A stretch of 64,000 bases of DNA from an uncultured Actinomycetes bacterium (GTDB lineage: Bacteria; Actinomycetota; Thermoleophilia; Gaiellales; JAICJC01): assembly GCA_963797565.1 (NCBI GenBank), contig CAWCPM010000005.1:164256-228255 (forward strand), read 5' to 3'. Positions 43,232 to 54,169 of this stretch are shown piece by piece; positions within the stretch are counted from its first letter, which is position 1, and each line of letters opens with the position of its first letter. A program made the position numbers and the translations under genes. Below the pieces are notes generated by a model. The model was given only the letters and a program-made list of their open reading frames with translations. It was not told the DNA's origin and made no database searches.

Positions 43232-43757
43232 GTGTCAGCCGCCGCAGGGACCGACCCCACCACCGGCCCGCGGATGTGCGCGAATCACCCGCAACGTGGA
43301 GACCTACGTCTCCTGCTCCAACTGCGGCAAGCCGATCTGCCCGGACTGCATGGTGCAGGCACCCGTCGGCATCAAGTGCCGCGACTGCGCCCGGCTGCCG
43401 CGCTCCGCGCGGGTGATCCTGAAGCCGAGCACGGCGGCCCGTGCGATCGGGGCCGCGTTCGGCGTGGGTACCGCCTTCGGCGTGGGGCTGGCGTTCGTCG
43501 GCGGCTACGGACTGGGGTTCGTGACCTTCATCATCGCCTACATCGTCGGGCTCGCCTGCGGCCGGGCCGTGCTGGCGGCGTCCGGCCGCTACCGTGCTCC
43601 CGCCACCGCCTGGATCGCCGCTGCCGGGGCCGCCTGGGCGTACGTCGTGCCGGCGGTGGTGATCGCCGTGGCGGCGGGCGGTGCCGCGTCGGCGGGGGTG
43701 CAGGCGATCGGCCTGCTGATCGCGGGGTTCATCGCGCACCGTGAGGTGATCGGATGA
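43232..43757 (+). CDS. B-box-like zinc finger plus membrane domain protein (apparent +1 frameshift at ~43292)
   Basis: Removing one C gives CANHPNVETYVSCSNCGKPICPDCMVQAPVGIKCRDC followed by TM helices; TACACT -10 7 nt before GTG 43232. Confidence 0.7.
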
Positions 43758-43969
43758 GCGACGGCAGGCGCCGGCGGCCGCGGCTGCGCTCGTTCGTGTT
43801 CGGCAGCGTGGTGGGCGGCCTGGTCGCGGTGGCGGCGCCGCGGCTGCGGCGCGGCCTCGATCAGCGCGAGGGGCCACAGCCGGTGGCCGGGCTGGAGGCG
43901 TTCGAGGGCGCACCGTGCTGGCAGCACGACCGGCGCCGATCCGGCGCCGGTGAGCCGCCGCCAGAGTAG
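43754..43969 (+). CDS. Small hypothetical protein, one TM segment
   Basis: ATGA-coupled to the upstream gene; FVFGSVVGGLVAVAA hydrophobic stretch. Confidence 0.55.
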   Translation: MSDGRRRRPRLRSFVFGSVVGGLVAVAAPRLRRGLDQREGPQPVAGLEAFEGAPCWQHDRRRSGAGEPPPE

Positions 43970-43978
43970 GCTGCCGCG

Positions 43979-44893
43979 ATGCCGTCCGCGGTCGTCACCG
44001 GCGGGGCCGGGTTCATCGGCTCCACGCTCACCCGCCTGCTGCTGGAGCGCGGCTACTCGGTGCGCGTGTACGACGACCTCTCGAGCGGCTCGCGTGAGCA
44101 CCTCGAGGGACTGGACGTCGAGCTGGTCATGGGCGACGTCCGCGACCTCGAGTCGCTGCAGCGCGCCTGCGACGGGATCGATGCGATGTTCCACCTGGCG
44201 GCGGGAGCGGGGGTCGTGGACTCGATCGAGAACCCGATCGAGAACTTCGACCTGAACGCGCGCGGCACGCTGCTGGCGCTGTGGGCCGCCAAGCAGGCCG
44301 GCGTCGGCCGGTTCGTGTTCTCGTCCAGCAATGCGCCGCTCGGGGACAACGCCTACCCGGCCTCCGAGGACAAGCCGGTGGCGCCGCTGTCGCCCTACGG
44401 CGCCGGCAAGGCCACCGGCGAGGCCTACTGCTCCGCCTTCTTCGGCGCCTACGGATTCGAGGCCGTGGCGGTGCGCTTCTCGAACGCGTACGGCCCGCGC
44501 TCGGCGCGCAAGTCGAACGTGATCCCGCTGTTCATCCGCAAGATCATGGCGGGAGAACCACTCACGATCTACGGCGACGGCACCCAGACACGCGACTTCG
44601 TGTTCGTGACCGATCTCGCCAACGGCCTGATCCGGGCGGCCGAGACGCCGGGAGCGGGCGGGGAGATCTTCCAGCTGGCAAGCGGCGTCGAGACCAGCCT
44701 CAACGACCTGGTGGCGATGCTGGCGGAGGTGTCGGGCAAACAGCCGCAGCTGCAGCACGAGCCGCCCCGCGCCGGCGAGATCCAGCGCAACTACTCGCTG
44801 GTGGACAAGGCCCGCGACCGGCTGGGGCATGCACCGCAGGTGCCGCTCGCCGAGGGGCTGGCCTGGACGTGGGAGTGGTTCCAGGAGCGCTAG
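43979..44893 (+). CDS. NAD-dependent epimerase/dehydratase (GalE-like)
   Basis: TGGAGFIG, SPYGAGK, RFSNAYGP, TRDFVFV. Confidence 0.9.
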   Translation: MPSAVVTGGAGFIGSTLTRLLLERGYSVRVYDDLSSGSREHLEGLDVELVMGDVRDLESLQRACDGIDAMFHLAAGAGVVDSIENPIENFDLNARGTLLALWAAKQAGVGRFVFSSSNAPLGDNAYPASEDKPVAPLSPYGAGKATGEAYCSAFFGAYGFEAVAVRFSNAYGPRSARKSNVIPLFIRKIMAGEPLTIYGDGTQTRDFVFVTDLANGLIRAAETPGAGGEIFQLASGVETSLNDLVAMLAEVSGKQPQLQHEPPRAGEIQRNYSLVDKARDRLGHAPQVPLAEGLAWTWEWFQER

Positions 44894-45888
44894 GCCAAGG
44901 GACGCGTTACCGAGCGTCCGGCAGACGCGACGTCGACCGGCATCTGGTCGGCCTTGCGCACCATGTTCTCGGCCATCTTGATCGACGCGGCGTCGATCAG
45001 CTTGCCGTCCAGCGAGACCGCGCCCTTGCCCTCGGCCGCCGCCTGCTGCATCGCCTCGATGATCCGGCGGGCCCTGTCGATCTCCTCCGGTGACGGCGTG
45101 AACACCTCGTTCGCAAGCGCGATCTGGGAGGGGTGGATCGCCCACTTGCCCTCGCAGCCGAGCTGGGCTGCGCTGCGCGCGGCGGCGGTGTAGCCCTCCG
45201 CGTCCTGGTAGTCGCCGAACGGCCCGTCGATCGGCCGCAGCCCGTAGGCGCGGCAGGCGACGACCATGCGTGACAGCGCGAAGTGCCACTGGTCGCCCCA
45301 GTGCCGCTCGCGCACGCCTGACTCGCCGGCGTGGGTCAGCGTCGCGTAGTCGGGATTGGATCCGCCGATGTTGGTGGTGCGCGCCTGCGTGGAGGCCGCG
45401 TAGTCGGCGACGCCGAACACCATCGCCTCCAGGCGCTCCGGGCAGGTCTGCGCGATCGCCTCGACGTTGGCCATGCCCAGCGCCGTCTCGATCAGGATGT
45501 GCAGGTTGATCGGCTCCAGGCCGAACGCCGCCTCGATCTGGTCGAGCATCGTGGCCACGAACAGGACGTCGGCCGGGGTCCCGACCTTCGGGATCAGGAT
45601 CGTGTCCAGGTGCGAGCCGGCCCGCTCGACCACCTCGACGATGTCGCGGTAGCACCAGTGGGTGTCCAGCCCGTTGATCCGCACCGACACGGTGCAGGCC
45701 GACCAGTCCTGGCCGGTCAGCGCCGCGATCACATTCTCGCGGGCCTGCTCCTTGTCGTCCGGCGCCACGGCGTCCTCGAGGTCGAGGAACACCACGTCGG
45801 CGCCCAGCCCCGGCGCCTTCTCCATCGCCCGCGTGTTGCTGCCGGGGACGGCCAGCTCGCTGCGGTGCAGCCGATCGCGAACCGCCAT
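44890..45888 (-). CDS. mcl: CoA-ester lyase, malyl-CoA lyase-like (CitE/Mcl family)
   Basis: RSELAVPGSN, LDLEDAVAP, SVRINGLDTHWCYRD, LIETALG, FGVADY, IDGPFGD, GKWAIHPSQI. Confidence 0.8.
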   Translation of the reverse strand: MAVRDRLHRSELAVPGSNTRAMEKAPGLGADVVFLDLEDAVAPDDKEQARENVIAALTGQDWSACTVSVRINGLDTHWCYRDIVEVVERAGSHLDTILIPKVGTPADVLFVATMLDQIEAAFGLEPINLHILIETALGMANVEAIAQTCPERLEAMVFGVADYAASTQARTTNIGGSNPDYATLTHAGESGVRERHWGDQWHFALSRMVVACRAYGLRPIDGPFGDYQDAEGYTAAARSAAQLGCEGKWAIHPSQIALANEVFTPSPEEIDRARRIIEAMQQAAAEGKGAVSLDGKLIDAASIKMAENMVRKADQMPVDVASAGRSVTRPLA

Positions 45889-47039
45889 CAGGCGCGGCTC
45901 GCCGAGACGCCTGCGCGCGGTGCTTCGAGCACCGCGTCGAACGCCTCGAGCAGGCGGTCGGCGGTCTCGGTGTGGGCGTTGGTGCCCATCATGCCGATGC
46001 GCCAGATGTCAGGTGCGTCCGGCCCCAGGCCGCCGCCCACCTCGATGCTGTGCTCGCGCAGCAGCCGCATCTGGACGTCCTTTCCGTCCACGCCCTCCGG
46101 CACGCACACGGCCGACAGCTGTGCCAGCTGCACCTCCGGATCCGCCAGCAGCCGGTAGCCGCGGTCGGCCAGCCCGGCCTGCAGGTGCGCTCCGGCCTCC
46201 GCGTGCCGCGCCCAGCGCGCCTCCAGCCCCTCCTCCAGCGCCAGCCGCAGGCCCTCGTAGAGCGCGTAGTACTGGGTGTTGGGCGTGGTGTGGTGGTAGA
46301 CCGCCGGCCGCCCCACCCAGTAGCGGGCCAGCTGCTCGAAGTCGAAGCTGAAGGGCACCGGCTGGGTGCGTGCCCGGATCCGCTCCATCGCCCGCTCCGA
46401 GAGCGACACCGGCGAGATGCCGGGAGGCGCGCCCAGGCACTTCTGGCTGCACGAGTAGCAGTAGTCGACGCCCCAGCCCTCGGCCTCGAGCGGCATGCCG
46501 CCCAGCGACGTCACGCAGTCGGCCAGGAGCAGCGCGTCCGACCCGCGCATCGCCTCGCCCAGCTGCTCGAGCGGGTGAGCCACGCCGGTCGAGGTCTCCG
46601 CGTGCACGACCGCGACCAGCCGCGCCTCGGGATGGTCGGCCAGCGCCTCGGTGATCTGCTCGTTGGGCACCGCCCGGCCGAACGGCGCCCGCACCTCGAT
46701 CACGTTCAGGCGTTGTCGCCTGGCGATGTCGATCATGCGGTTTCCGAAGAAGCCGCAGGTCGCCACGATCACGGTCTCGCCCGGCTCGGCCAGCGACGCC
46801 AGGCCGGCCTCCATGCCGGAGGTGCCGCTCGCGGAGAGTGCGATCGTGAATCCGTCGCTGCGGCGGTAGGCCGCCTTCAGGAGCTCCATCAGGTCCTCGA
46901 GGATCTTGTGGAAATCGGGGTCGAGATGGCCCAGCATCGGCCGCTGCATGGCCTCGAGCACGCGCGGGTCGATGTTGGACGGGCCCGGGCCGCACAGCAG
47001 GCGCTCGGGCGGATCGAGTGGTGCAGGCAGGTCGCTCAT
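45888..47039 (-). CDS. Class V PLP aminotransferase (alanine/serine:glyoxylate type)
   Basis: LLCGPGPS, VHAETSTG, DCVTSLGG, SCSQKCLGAPPG, YHHT, WRIGMMG. Confidence 0.9.
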   Translation of the reverse strand: MSDLPAPLDPPERLLCGPGPSNIDPRVLEAMQRPMLGHLDPDFHKILEDLMELLKAAYRRSDGFTIALSASGTSGMEAGLASLAEPGETVIVATCGFFGNRMIDIARRQRLNVIEVRAPFGRAVPNEQITEALADHPEARLVAVVHAETSTGVAHPLEQLGEAMRGSDALLLADCVTSLGGMPLEAEGWGVDYCYSCSQKCLGAPPGISPVSLSERAMERIRARTQPVPFSFDFEQLARYWVGRPAVYHHTTPNTQYYALYEGLRLALEEGLEARWARHAEAGAHLQAGLADRGYRLLADPEVQLAQLSAVCVPEGVDGKDVQMRLLREHSIEVGGGLGPDAPDIWRIGMMGTNAHTETADRLLEAFDAVLEAPRAGVSASRA

Positions 47040-47117
47040 CGCACGATTCTCCACCACCTAGGCTCGATCCGCCAGTGAAGAGAGTGCTACGACGCCTAAG
47101 CGAATGGTTAAGTGGCG

Positions 47118-47873
47118 TCAGCCGGCGTAGGCCCGGGCGGCCTCGACCAGGTCCTGGAACGGGCGCAGAAACCGCTCGTCGTGGCGCCACATCAGCTCGT
47201 TGTGCCACTGCATCCCGGCGGCCCAGCCGCGGCCGTCGACGCGCTCGATCGTCTCGATCACGCCGTCCGTGCCGCGCGCGGTGGCGTGCATGATGCCGCC
47301 GGTGGTGGCCACGCACTGGTGGTGGAACGAGTTGACGCGCGGCTGGCCGCCCGCCAGCCAGCGCTCGACCGCCGAGCCCGGCTCCGTCTGCACGGTGTGC
47401 CAGTGCTCACCGGGCGGCTCCAGCGCCAGGTCGCGCCAGCTGCGCCGGTGCTGGATGGCGCCCTCGTGCATGGTCTCGACGTCCTGAGTGAGCGTGCCGC
47501 CGTCGGCCACCGCCATCACCTGGATGCCCCGGCAGATGCCCATCACCGGCATCCCCCGTGCGTACGCGCGGCGGGCCAGCTCCAGCTCGAAGGCGTCCTC
47601 GATCTGGTCGCCGGGCCTGGTCAGCTCGTGGGCATCGTGGCCGTAGTGGCTGGGGTGCACGTCGGCGCCGCCGCACAGCTGCAGGCCGTCCACCATGTCC
47701 AGCAGCTGGTCGATGGCGTCGGCCGGGGTGGCCCGTGGCAGCACCACCGGCACCGCGCCGAACCGCTGCAGCGGCGCCCGCAGCGAGGGCTCCACCTCGA
47801 GCAGCAGCGGGTCCTGCAGCTCGATCGTGTAGCCGATCACCGGTCGCCCGGCGTCGCCGTTCAGCGCAGCCAT
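47118..47873 (-). CDS. Gamma-glutamyl-gamma-aminobutyrate hydrolase family (peptidase C26, PuuD-like)
   Basis: DGLQLCGGADVHP, GICRGIQ (catalytic Cys), VNSFHHQ, QWHNE. Confidence 0.85.
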   Translation of the reverse strand: MAALNGDAGRPVIGYTIELQDPLLLEVEPSLRAPLQRFGAVPVVLPRATPADAIDQLLDMVDGLQLCGGADVHPSHYGHDAHELTRPGDQIEDAFELELARRAYARGMPVMGICRGIQVMAVADGGTLTQDVETMHEGAIQHRRSWRDLALEPPGEHWHTVQTEPGSAVERWLAGGQPRVNSFHHQCVATTGGIMHATARGTDGVIETIERVDGRGWAAGMQWHNELMWRHDERFLRPFQDLVEAARAYAG

Positions 47874-48913
47874 GCGCGGACGAGCGCGTTCGCGAAGCCC
47901 ATGCCGTAGCGGAAGTGGGCCGGCTTCTTGCTGACGCCGGAGATGCGCTGGGTGATCGTCACCGGCACCTCCATCGAGCGCAGCCCCTTCTTCGACGCCT
48001 CCACGATGAACTCCGAGTTGTGGAACTGGTCCTGGCGGAACTCGAGCCCGCGCAGCGCCTCGGTGCGAACCGCCCGGTAGCCGCAGGCCGGGTCGGTGAC
48101 CTTGCTCCAGGTCAGCAGCGACAGCAGCTGGGCGAACAGCTTCACGCCCAGCTCGCGCGCGGCGTGGTTGGGGTCGGCCTCGCCCAGCACCCGCGAGCCG
48201 CCCACCACGTCGGCCTCGCCGGCGACGATCGGGCCCACCAGCCGCGACAGCTCGGACGGCTGGTGCTGCCCGTCCGCGTCCATGGTGACGACGATCTCGG
48301 CGCCGGTCACCAGCGCCAGCCGGTATCCGGTGCGAAGCGCCGCGCCCTGGCCGCGGTTCATGGGCAGCCGGATCGCGGCTGCACCGGCCGCCCGCGCGGC
48401 CTCGGTGGTGCGGTCGTTCGACCCGTCGTCGATCACGATCGCGTGCAGGGGCAGGTCGCAGACCCGCTCCGGCAGGGCGCCGAGCACGTGGTGGATGTTC
48501 TCGGACTCGTTGTAGGCCGGGACCACCACGGCGATGCCGCCGGAGAACGCCTCCGGATGGCCGAACTGCTCGAACTGCTCCAGCGCCAGGTTCTCGATCA
48601 GCCGCGTCAGGTCGCGCCGCGACCGCTCCTGGCGGCCCGACAGCGAGAACGCGAACAGGTAGAGGATGCCGACCGCGAGCACGGTTGCGCCCAGCACCTG
48701 GCGGCCGCCGCCGCGCTTGAAGCTGAACTCGTCGAAGCCCCACCCGATCAGGTCGGGCAGCGCCGACAGCACCAGCAGCGGCAGCACGAACACGACGAAC
48801 CGCACCAGCAGGTCGCCGTTTCCGATCTTGCCCTGCCGGTAGCTGCGAATCGTCAGCGCGGCGAACAGCACCGCGACGATCAGACCCGCCGTGCGAAGCG
48901 GCGTCAGCGGCAC
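47861..48913 (-). CDS. GT2 glycosyltransferase with three N-terminal TM helices
   Basis: VVVPAYNE, DDGSND, NRGQGAA, TMDADGQH, GSRV, DPACGYRA. Confidence 0.85.
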   Translation of the reverse strand: MPLTPLRTAGLIVAVLFAALTIRSYRQGKIGNGDLLVRFVVFVLPLLVLSALPDLIGWGFDEFSFKRGGGRQVLGATVLAVGILYLFAFSLSGRQERSRRDLTRLIENLALEQFEQFGHPEAFSGGIAVVVPAYNESENIHHVLGALPERVCDLPLHAIVIDDGSNDRTTEAARAAGAAAIRLPMNRGQGAALRTGYRLALVTGAEIVVTMDADGQHQPSELSRLVGPIVAGEADVVGGSRVLGEADPNHAARELGVKLFAQLLSLLTWSKVTDPACGYRAVRTEALRGLEFRQDQFHNSEFIVEASKKGLRSMEVPVTITQRISGVSKKPAHFRYGMGFANALVRAWLR

Positions 48914-48920
48914 GAGCGGC

Positions 48921-50132
<1,212 letters not shown>

Positions 50133-50193
50133 TCAGCAGCCGTAACGGCGGGATTCTCCCACACGCCGTCATAGCGCGGGGGAGGTTAGCGGT

Positions 50194-52050
50194 CTAGCCG
50201 GATGATCGAGGCCGGTAGACCTGGACGTCGACCGAGTGGTGGAGGCCTCCGGCCCTGCAGCTGGTGACCTTGACCAGCGAGCGACCGGGTGCCGCCCCCG
50301 GCAGCACCACCCAGTCGATGCCGGCCGGCACGCGACCGCGCGCGATCTCGCGCGTCTCGGCGGCCCGCTCGCCCTGCCCTTTGATGATCGAGAACACGTC
50401 GCGGTAGCGAAGCTGCGCAGGTGGCACCCAGTGGAACAGCCAGGCGCCCGTGCTGCGGAACACCGAGCTGTCGACCAGCAGGGTCGCCTGGGCCGGCATG
50501 CCCGCCACCGCGACCACGTCGCCGGCGCCCATCGGCGCGCCGCCCCGGCAGTGCAGGCCGCGCGGCTCAGCGCTTCTGAAGTCGCCGGCCAGCCCGATCG
50601 ACGTCAGCACCGTCGAGGCGCAGGCGGCCGCGACCAGCGCCGTCGCCAGCACGATCGCGCCCCTGCGCGACATCCGCGCCAGCACCGCGTCCGCCGCCCA
50701 CCCGGCCGGCATGGCCAGCGCCAGCACGAAGAACGGCAGGTACCGCTGCAGCTTGACGACGGGTGCCACGCCGGCCAGGCTGTGGCCGGGCAACAGGCCC
50801 GCGAGCAGGCACAGCACTGCGGGAACCGCCACCAGCGGCACCAGCGCACCCAGGTCGATGCCCGGAGGACGGGTGCGAAGCATCCAGACCACGCCGATCA
50901 GCCCGAGCGGCAGCACCACGCCCATCGCCACCAGCGCCTGCGACGCGGTCACGCTGGGCAGCGGCTGGTGGGGTGAGAATCCGCCCAGCCGTACGTAGTT
51001 GAGCGCGACCCGTCCCAGCCAGGGTGCGACCACGACGGCCGCCACCGCCACGCCGGCCGCGGCGTGCCGCACCGGGATCCGTCGCCGCAGCGCCACCGGG
51101 CCGCAGACGAGCACCGCCACGACGGCGGCGACCGGCCCGATCAGCAGCAGGCAGCCGGCGAGCGCCCCGGCGGCCGCGACATCGCGCATGCGCCGCCCGG
51201 CGACTGCGCGAAGCGCGAACCAGACGGTCAGCGGGAACAGCGCGAGCGCGAGGTCGCGGGGCAGGATGGCGGGCATGTTGGCGAGCGCCGGGGTCACGGC
51301 CGGACCGACCAGGAAGTCGCCGTGCACCAGCCCGTAGCGGCTGGACGAGACGACCGCGACAGCGTGGTGCACCCAGATCCAGCCGACGCCGCCCGCCAGC
51401 GACGCGAACCCCACCGCCCAGGTCGCGGGCCGTTCGCGCAGGCCCAGCTCGCGCGCCAGCAGCCATGTGCCCAGCGCCAGCGACCCGACGGCGAACACCT
51501 GCAGCGCCCAGTACACCTCGACCATCCCTCCGGGCAGCAGCTCCAGCCATGCCGCCAGCGCGTGGTACAGCCACGGGTAGCTGTTGGGCACGTGGGCGTA
51601 CACGCCGCTGGGCTCGGGCAGGCCGCCGACCAGCTGCCGGATCCAACCCTCGTGCAACTGCATGTCGGAGATGGGCGCGACGGCAGACGGTCCCCAGACC
51701 AGCGGGAGCACGGACACGGCGAGTGCGACGGCCGCCACCAGCACCACGGGCCGGCGGACGTCCGGGGCGGTGCGCCAGGCCCGCGTCCGAGCGCCGACGA
51801 CGATCGTGCAGACCACCACGATTACCGCCATCAGCGTGCGGTGGCCGAGCCAGGAGACGCCCAGCACCGGCTGCCACAGGGTCGCCCACGCCACGGCCAG
51901 CATCGCCACCACGCCCCAGGCCAGCCGTTCGGCGGGCGGCCGGGCCGGCGCCAGCGCGCAGCCCGCGATCCACACCACCAGCATCCCCACGGCGGCGCCT
52001 GCCAGCCCCAGAACGGTGTGGGACGCCCCTGTCGAAAGCGGCGCGATCAC
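50194..52050 (-). CDS. Large polytopic membrane protein (GT-C-like)
   Basis: More than 10 TM helices, SDMQLH and NSYPWLYH loop motifs, short soluble C-terminus. Confidence 0.6.
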   Translation of the reverse strand: MIAPLSTGASHTVLGLAGAAVGMLVVWIAGCALAPARPPAERLAWGVVAMLAVAWATLWQPVLGVSWLGHRTLMAVIVVVCTIVVGARTRAWRTAPDVRRPVVLVAAVALAVSVLPLVWGPSAVAPISDMQLHEGWIRQLVGGLPEPSGVYAHVPNSYPWLYHALAAWLELLPGGMVEVYWALQVFAVGSLALGTWLLARELGLRERPATWAVGFASLAGGVGWIWVHHAVAVVSSSRYGLVHGDFLVGPAVTPALANMPAILPRDLALALFPLTVWFALRAVAGRRMRDVAAAGALAGCLLLIGPVAAVVAVLVCGPVALRRRIPVRHAAAGVAVAAVVVAPWLGRVALNYVRLGGFSPHQPLPSVTASQALVAMGVVLPLGLIGVVWMLRTRPPGIDLGALVPLVAVPAVLCLLAGLLPGHSLAGVAPVVKLQRYLPFFVLALAMPAGWAADAVLARMSRRGAIVLATALVAAACASTVLTSIGLAGDFRSAEPRGLHCRGGAPMGAGDVVAVAGMPAQATLLVDSSVFRSTGAWLFHWVPPAQLRYRDVFSIIKGQGERAAETREIARGRVPAGIDWVVLPGAAPGRSLVKVTSCRAGGLHHSVDVQVYRPRSSG

Positions 52051-52135
52051 CGGGGGTTGAGGGGTATGGCGCTCGGCACCACGGGCTCATTCTCCCACAG
52101 CCGTCAGACCGCGTCGTCGATAGACTCCCGCGCCG

Positions 52136-54169
52136 ATGTCCTCCCGTCTCGAACCGGCCGCGCTGCTGGTGGCACCGGTTGTTCTGGTGGCGGCCCGGCT
52201 GGCCGGCATCGATGCGCTGGCGGTGTGGTGCGCATTCGCCGTCTGCGTGATGCTGCCGGGGTGGGGCGCGATGCGGCTGCTGCGGATCGAACGCGGCCTG
52301 GGCCTGTCCGGCGCCGCCGTGGTCTCGACCTCGCTGGGCCTTGCGATCTGGATCGCACCGCTCGCCGCCGCCTTCGCCGTGCACCTGCCGCTGACCGCGC
52401 CGCTCGTGGCGGTGCTGATCGCGGGGGTGGCGCTGTGCAGCGTGGCCGTGACCCGGCCGTTGCTGTTCGACCGGGTGTCGGTCTGGGAGGCGGTGGCCGG
52501 GGCGCTCGCCGCCGGCCTGTTCGCGTTCCTCGCCTGGCGGATCTCGACCGGGGTGATCTCCGATGCCCTGTTCCACGTCGGCCGCATGCGCAAGCTCGAG
52601 GACATCGGCTCGCTGTCACTGACGGCGATCTCGTCCTACAAGGACGGCGCTCCCCACGCCGGCTACGCCTTCCCGCTGCTGCACGCGGCGTTCGCCGGCG
52701 TTGCCGACCTGGCCGGCGTCGACGTCGCAACGGCGTTCATCTACCTGCAGCCGCTGTGCGCGCTCCTGACGATGTTCGGCGCGTTCGCCGTCGCCCGCTC
52801 GCTGACCGGCTGGCGCACGGCCGGCTACCTGGCGGCCGCGGTGCTGGCCTGGGATCTGGTGACGCTCATCAACGGCCTCATCCAGCAGGTCAACCAGCCA
52901 CCGGTCTTCACCTTCTTCGTGCTGACGCCCGCCGCTCTGCTGCTGTTCGTGGGGGCGATGCGCGGCTCCCGCTCCGCCGCGTGGTCGGCGATGGCGGCGG
53001 TGACGGTGATCGCGCTGGTGCATCCCACCTACGCGGTGCCCTGTCTTGCGATCGCGGCCGGCATCGCACTCGGCTCCTGGCGGGCGCACCTGCGGATGCC
53101 GCCGGTGGCGCTGGAGGCGCTGGGCGCGTCGTTTCTGGCCAGTGCCGCGGTGGCGGCCTGGATCTGGTGGGTGGCGATCCGCGGCGGGGAACGGCGCGCG
53201 ATCATCACCCACTCCGACGAGTTCCTGCACCACGGCGCCCACGCGATCCTGATGTACCCGTGGGCGCCCGTGTTCGGGCGCGGCTACGTGCTGGTCGCGA
53301 TCCTGTGCCTGATCCTGCTGGTGCGCTTCCGAGACCTGCTGCCGGCGGCCGGCGCGATGCTCGCGCCGCTGACGCTGCTGCTGCTGCCGGGGTTGAGCAC
53401 CGTCGTGCTGGCGGCCAGCGGGATGGGCCAGTTCCACCGGTTCTGGCAGGTGCTGCCGTGGCCGCTCGTCCTGGCCGCGGGCGCCTGCGTCGCCGCCGGC
53501 GTGCTGGGAGTGCGGCGCGGCCTGGCGCTGGCGCTGGTGCTGGCGGTGGTGTTTGACCAGCTGCGCGAGCAGGGGTCGTTCTGGCGCCTGCCCACCAGCG
53601 TCGTGGTGGTGGCAGCGCTGCTCGCGGTGGTGGTGGCGCTGTGGCTGCGTCCGCGGCGGATGGTTGAGAGCGGGCCCTGGTGGCTGGCCTCGCTGCTGGT
53701 CGTGGCGGTGATGGTGGGGCCGGTCGTGCACGGCGTCTCGCGGGTGGCCGACGAGGCCCGGGCCGGCCCGTACCGCGCGCCCAGGGCCGATCTCGCAACC
53801 GTTCTGACGCCGGACGTGTGGCGCTACTTCCGCGCACAGCCCGGACCGCCGCCGGTGGTGCTGGGCGAGGAGCACCGCGTGTTCGAGCTGCTTGCCTACG
53901 CCGACGTGTACGCGGCCGCTCTGCCCGAGGCGCGCTCCCGTGCCGAGCCGAAGGAGAACACCCAGGCCCGCCGGCAGCTGGAGCAGGCGTTCTTCGACCC
54001 CGACACCAGCAGCGCACGGCGAGCGCAGATCCTGAAGCAGCTGGACGTCGACTACGTCCTGCTCGACACCCAGGGGCAGGCCGACGTGGCGCCCCAGATC
54101 CTGGCCCAGCCGGGGCTGACCGTGGCCTACCGCGGCCCCAGGTTCGTGATCCTGCGCGTCGACCGGTAG
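52136..54169 (+). CDS. Large polytopic membrane protein (GT-C-like)
   Basis: More than 12 TM helices, SDALFH, GYAFPLLH, HPTY, C-terminal LDVDYVL motif. Confidence 0.6.
   Translation: MSSRLEPAALLVAPVVLVAARLAGIDALAVWCAFAVCVMLPGWGAMRLLRIERGLGLSGAAVVSTSLGLAIWIAPLAAAFAVHLPLTAPLVAVLIAGVALCSVAVTRPLLFDRVSVWEAVAGALAAGLFAFLAWRISTGVISDALFHVGRMRKLEDIGSLSLTAISSYKDGAPHAGYAFPLLHAAFAGVADLAGVDVATAFIYLQPLCALLTMFGAFAVARSLTGWRTAGYLAAAVLAWDLVTLINGLIQQVNQPPVFTFFVLTPAALLLFVGAMRGSRSAAWSAMAAVTVIALVHPTYAVPCLAIAAGIALGSWRAHLRMPPVALEALGASFLASAAVAAWIWWVAIRGGERRAIITHSDEFLHHGAHAILMYPWAPVFGRGYVLVAILCLILLVRFRDLLPAAGAMLAPLTLLLLPGLSTVVLAASGMGQFHRFWQVLPWPLVLAAGACVAAGVLGVRRGLALALVLAVVFDQLREQGSFWRLPTSVVVVAALLAVVVALWLRPRRMVESGPWWLASLLVVAVMVGPVVHGVSRVADEARAGPYRAPRADLATVLTPDVWRYFRAQPGPPPVVLGEEHRVFELLAYADVYAAALPEARSRAEPKENTQARRQLEQAFFDPDTSSARRAQILKQLDVDYVLLDTQGQADVAPQILAQPGLTVAYRGPRFVILRVDR

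Noticed and set aside
47040-47117. Glycine riboswitch before the glyoxylate aminotransferase
   Set aside because: Too short and lacks the conserved aptamer motifs; the GACGCC/GGCGTC hairpin is more likely a terminator of the upstream gene.
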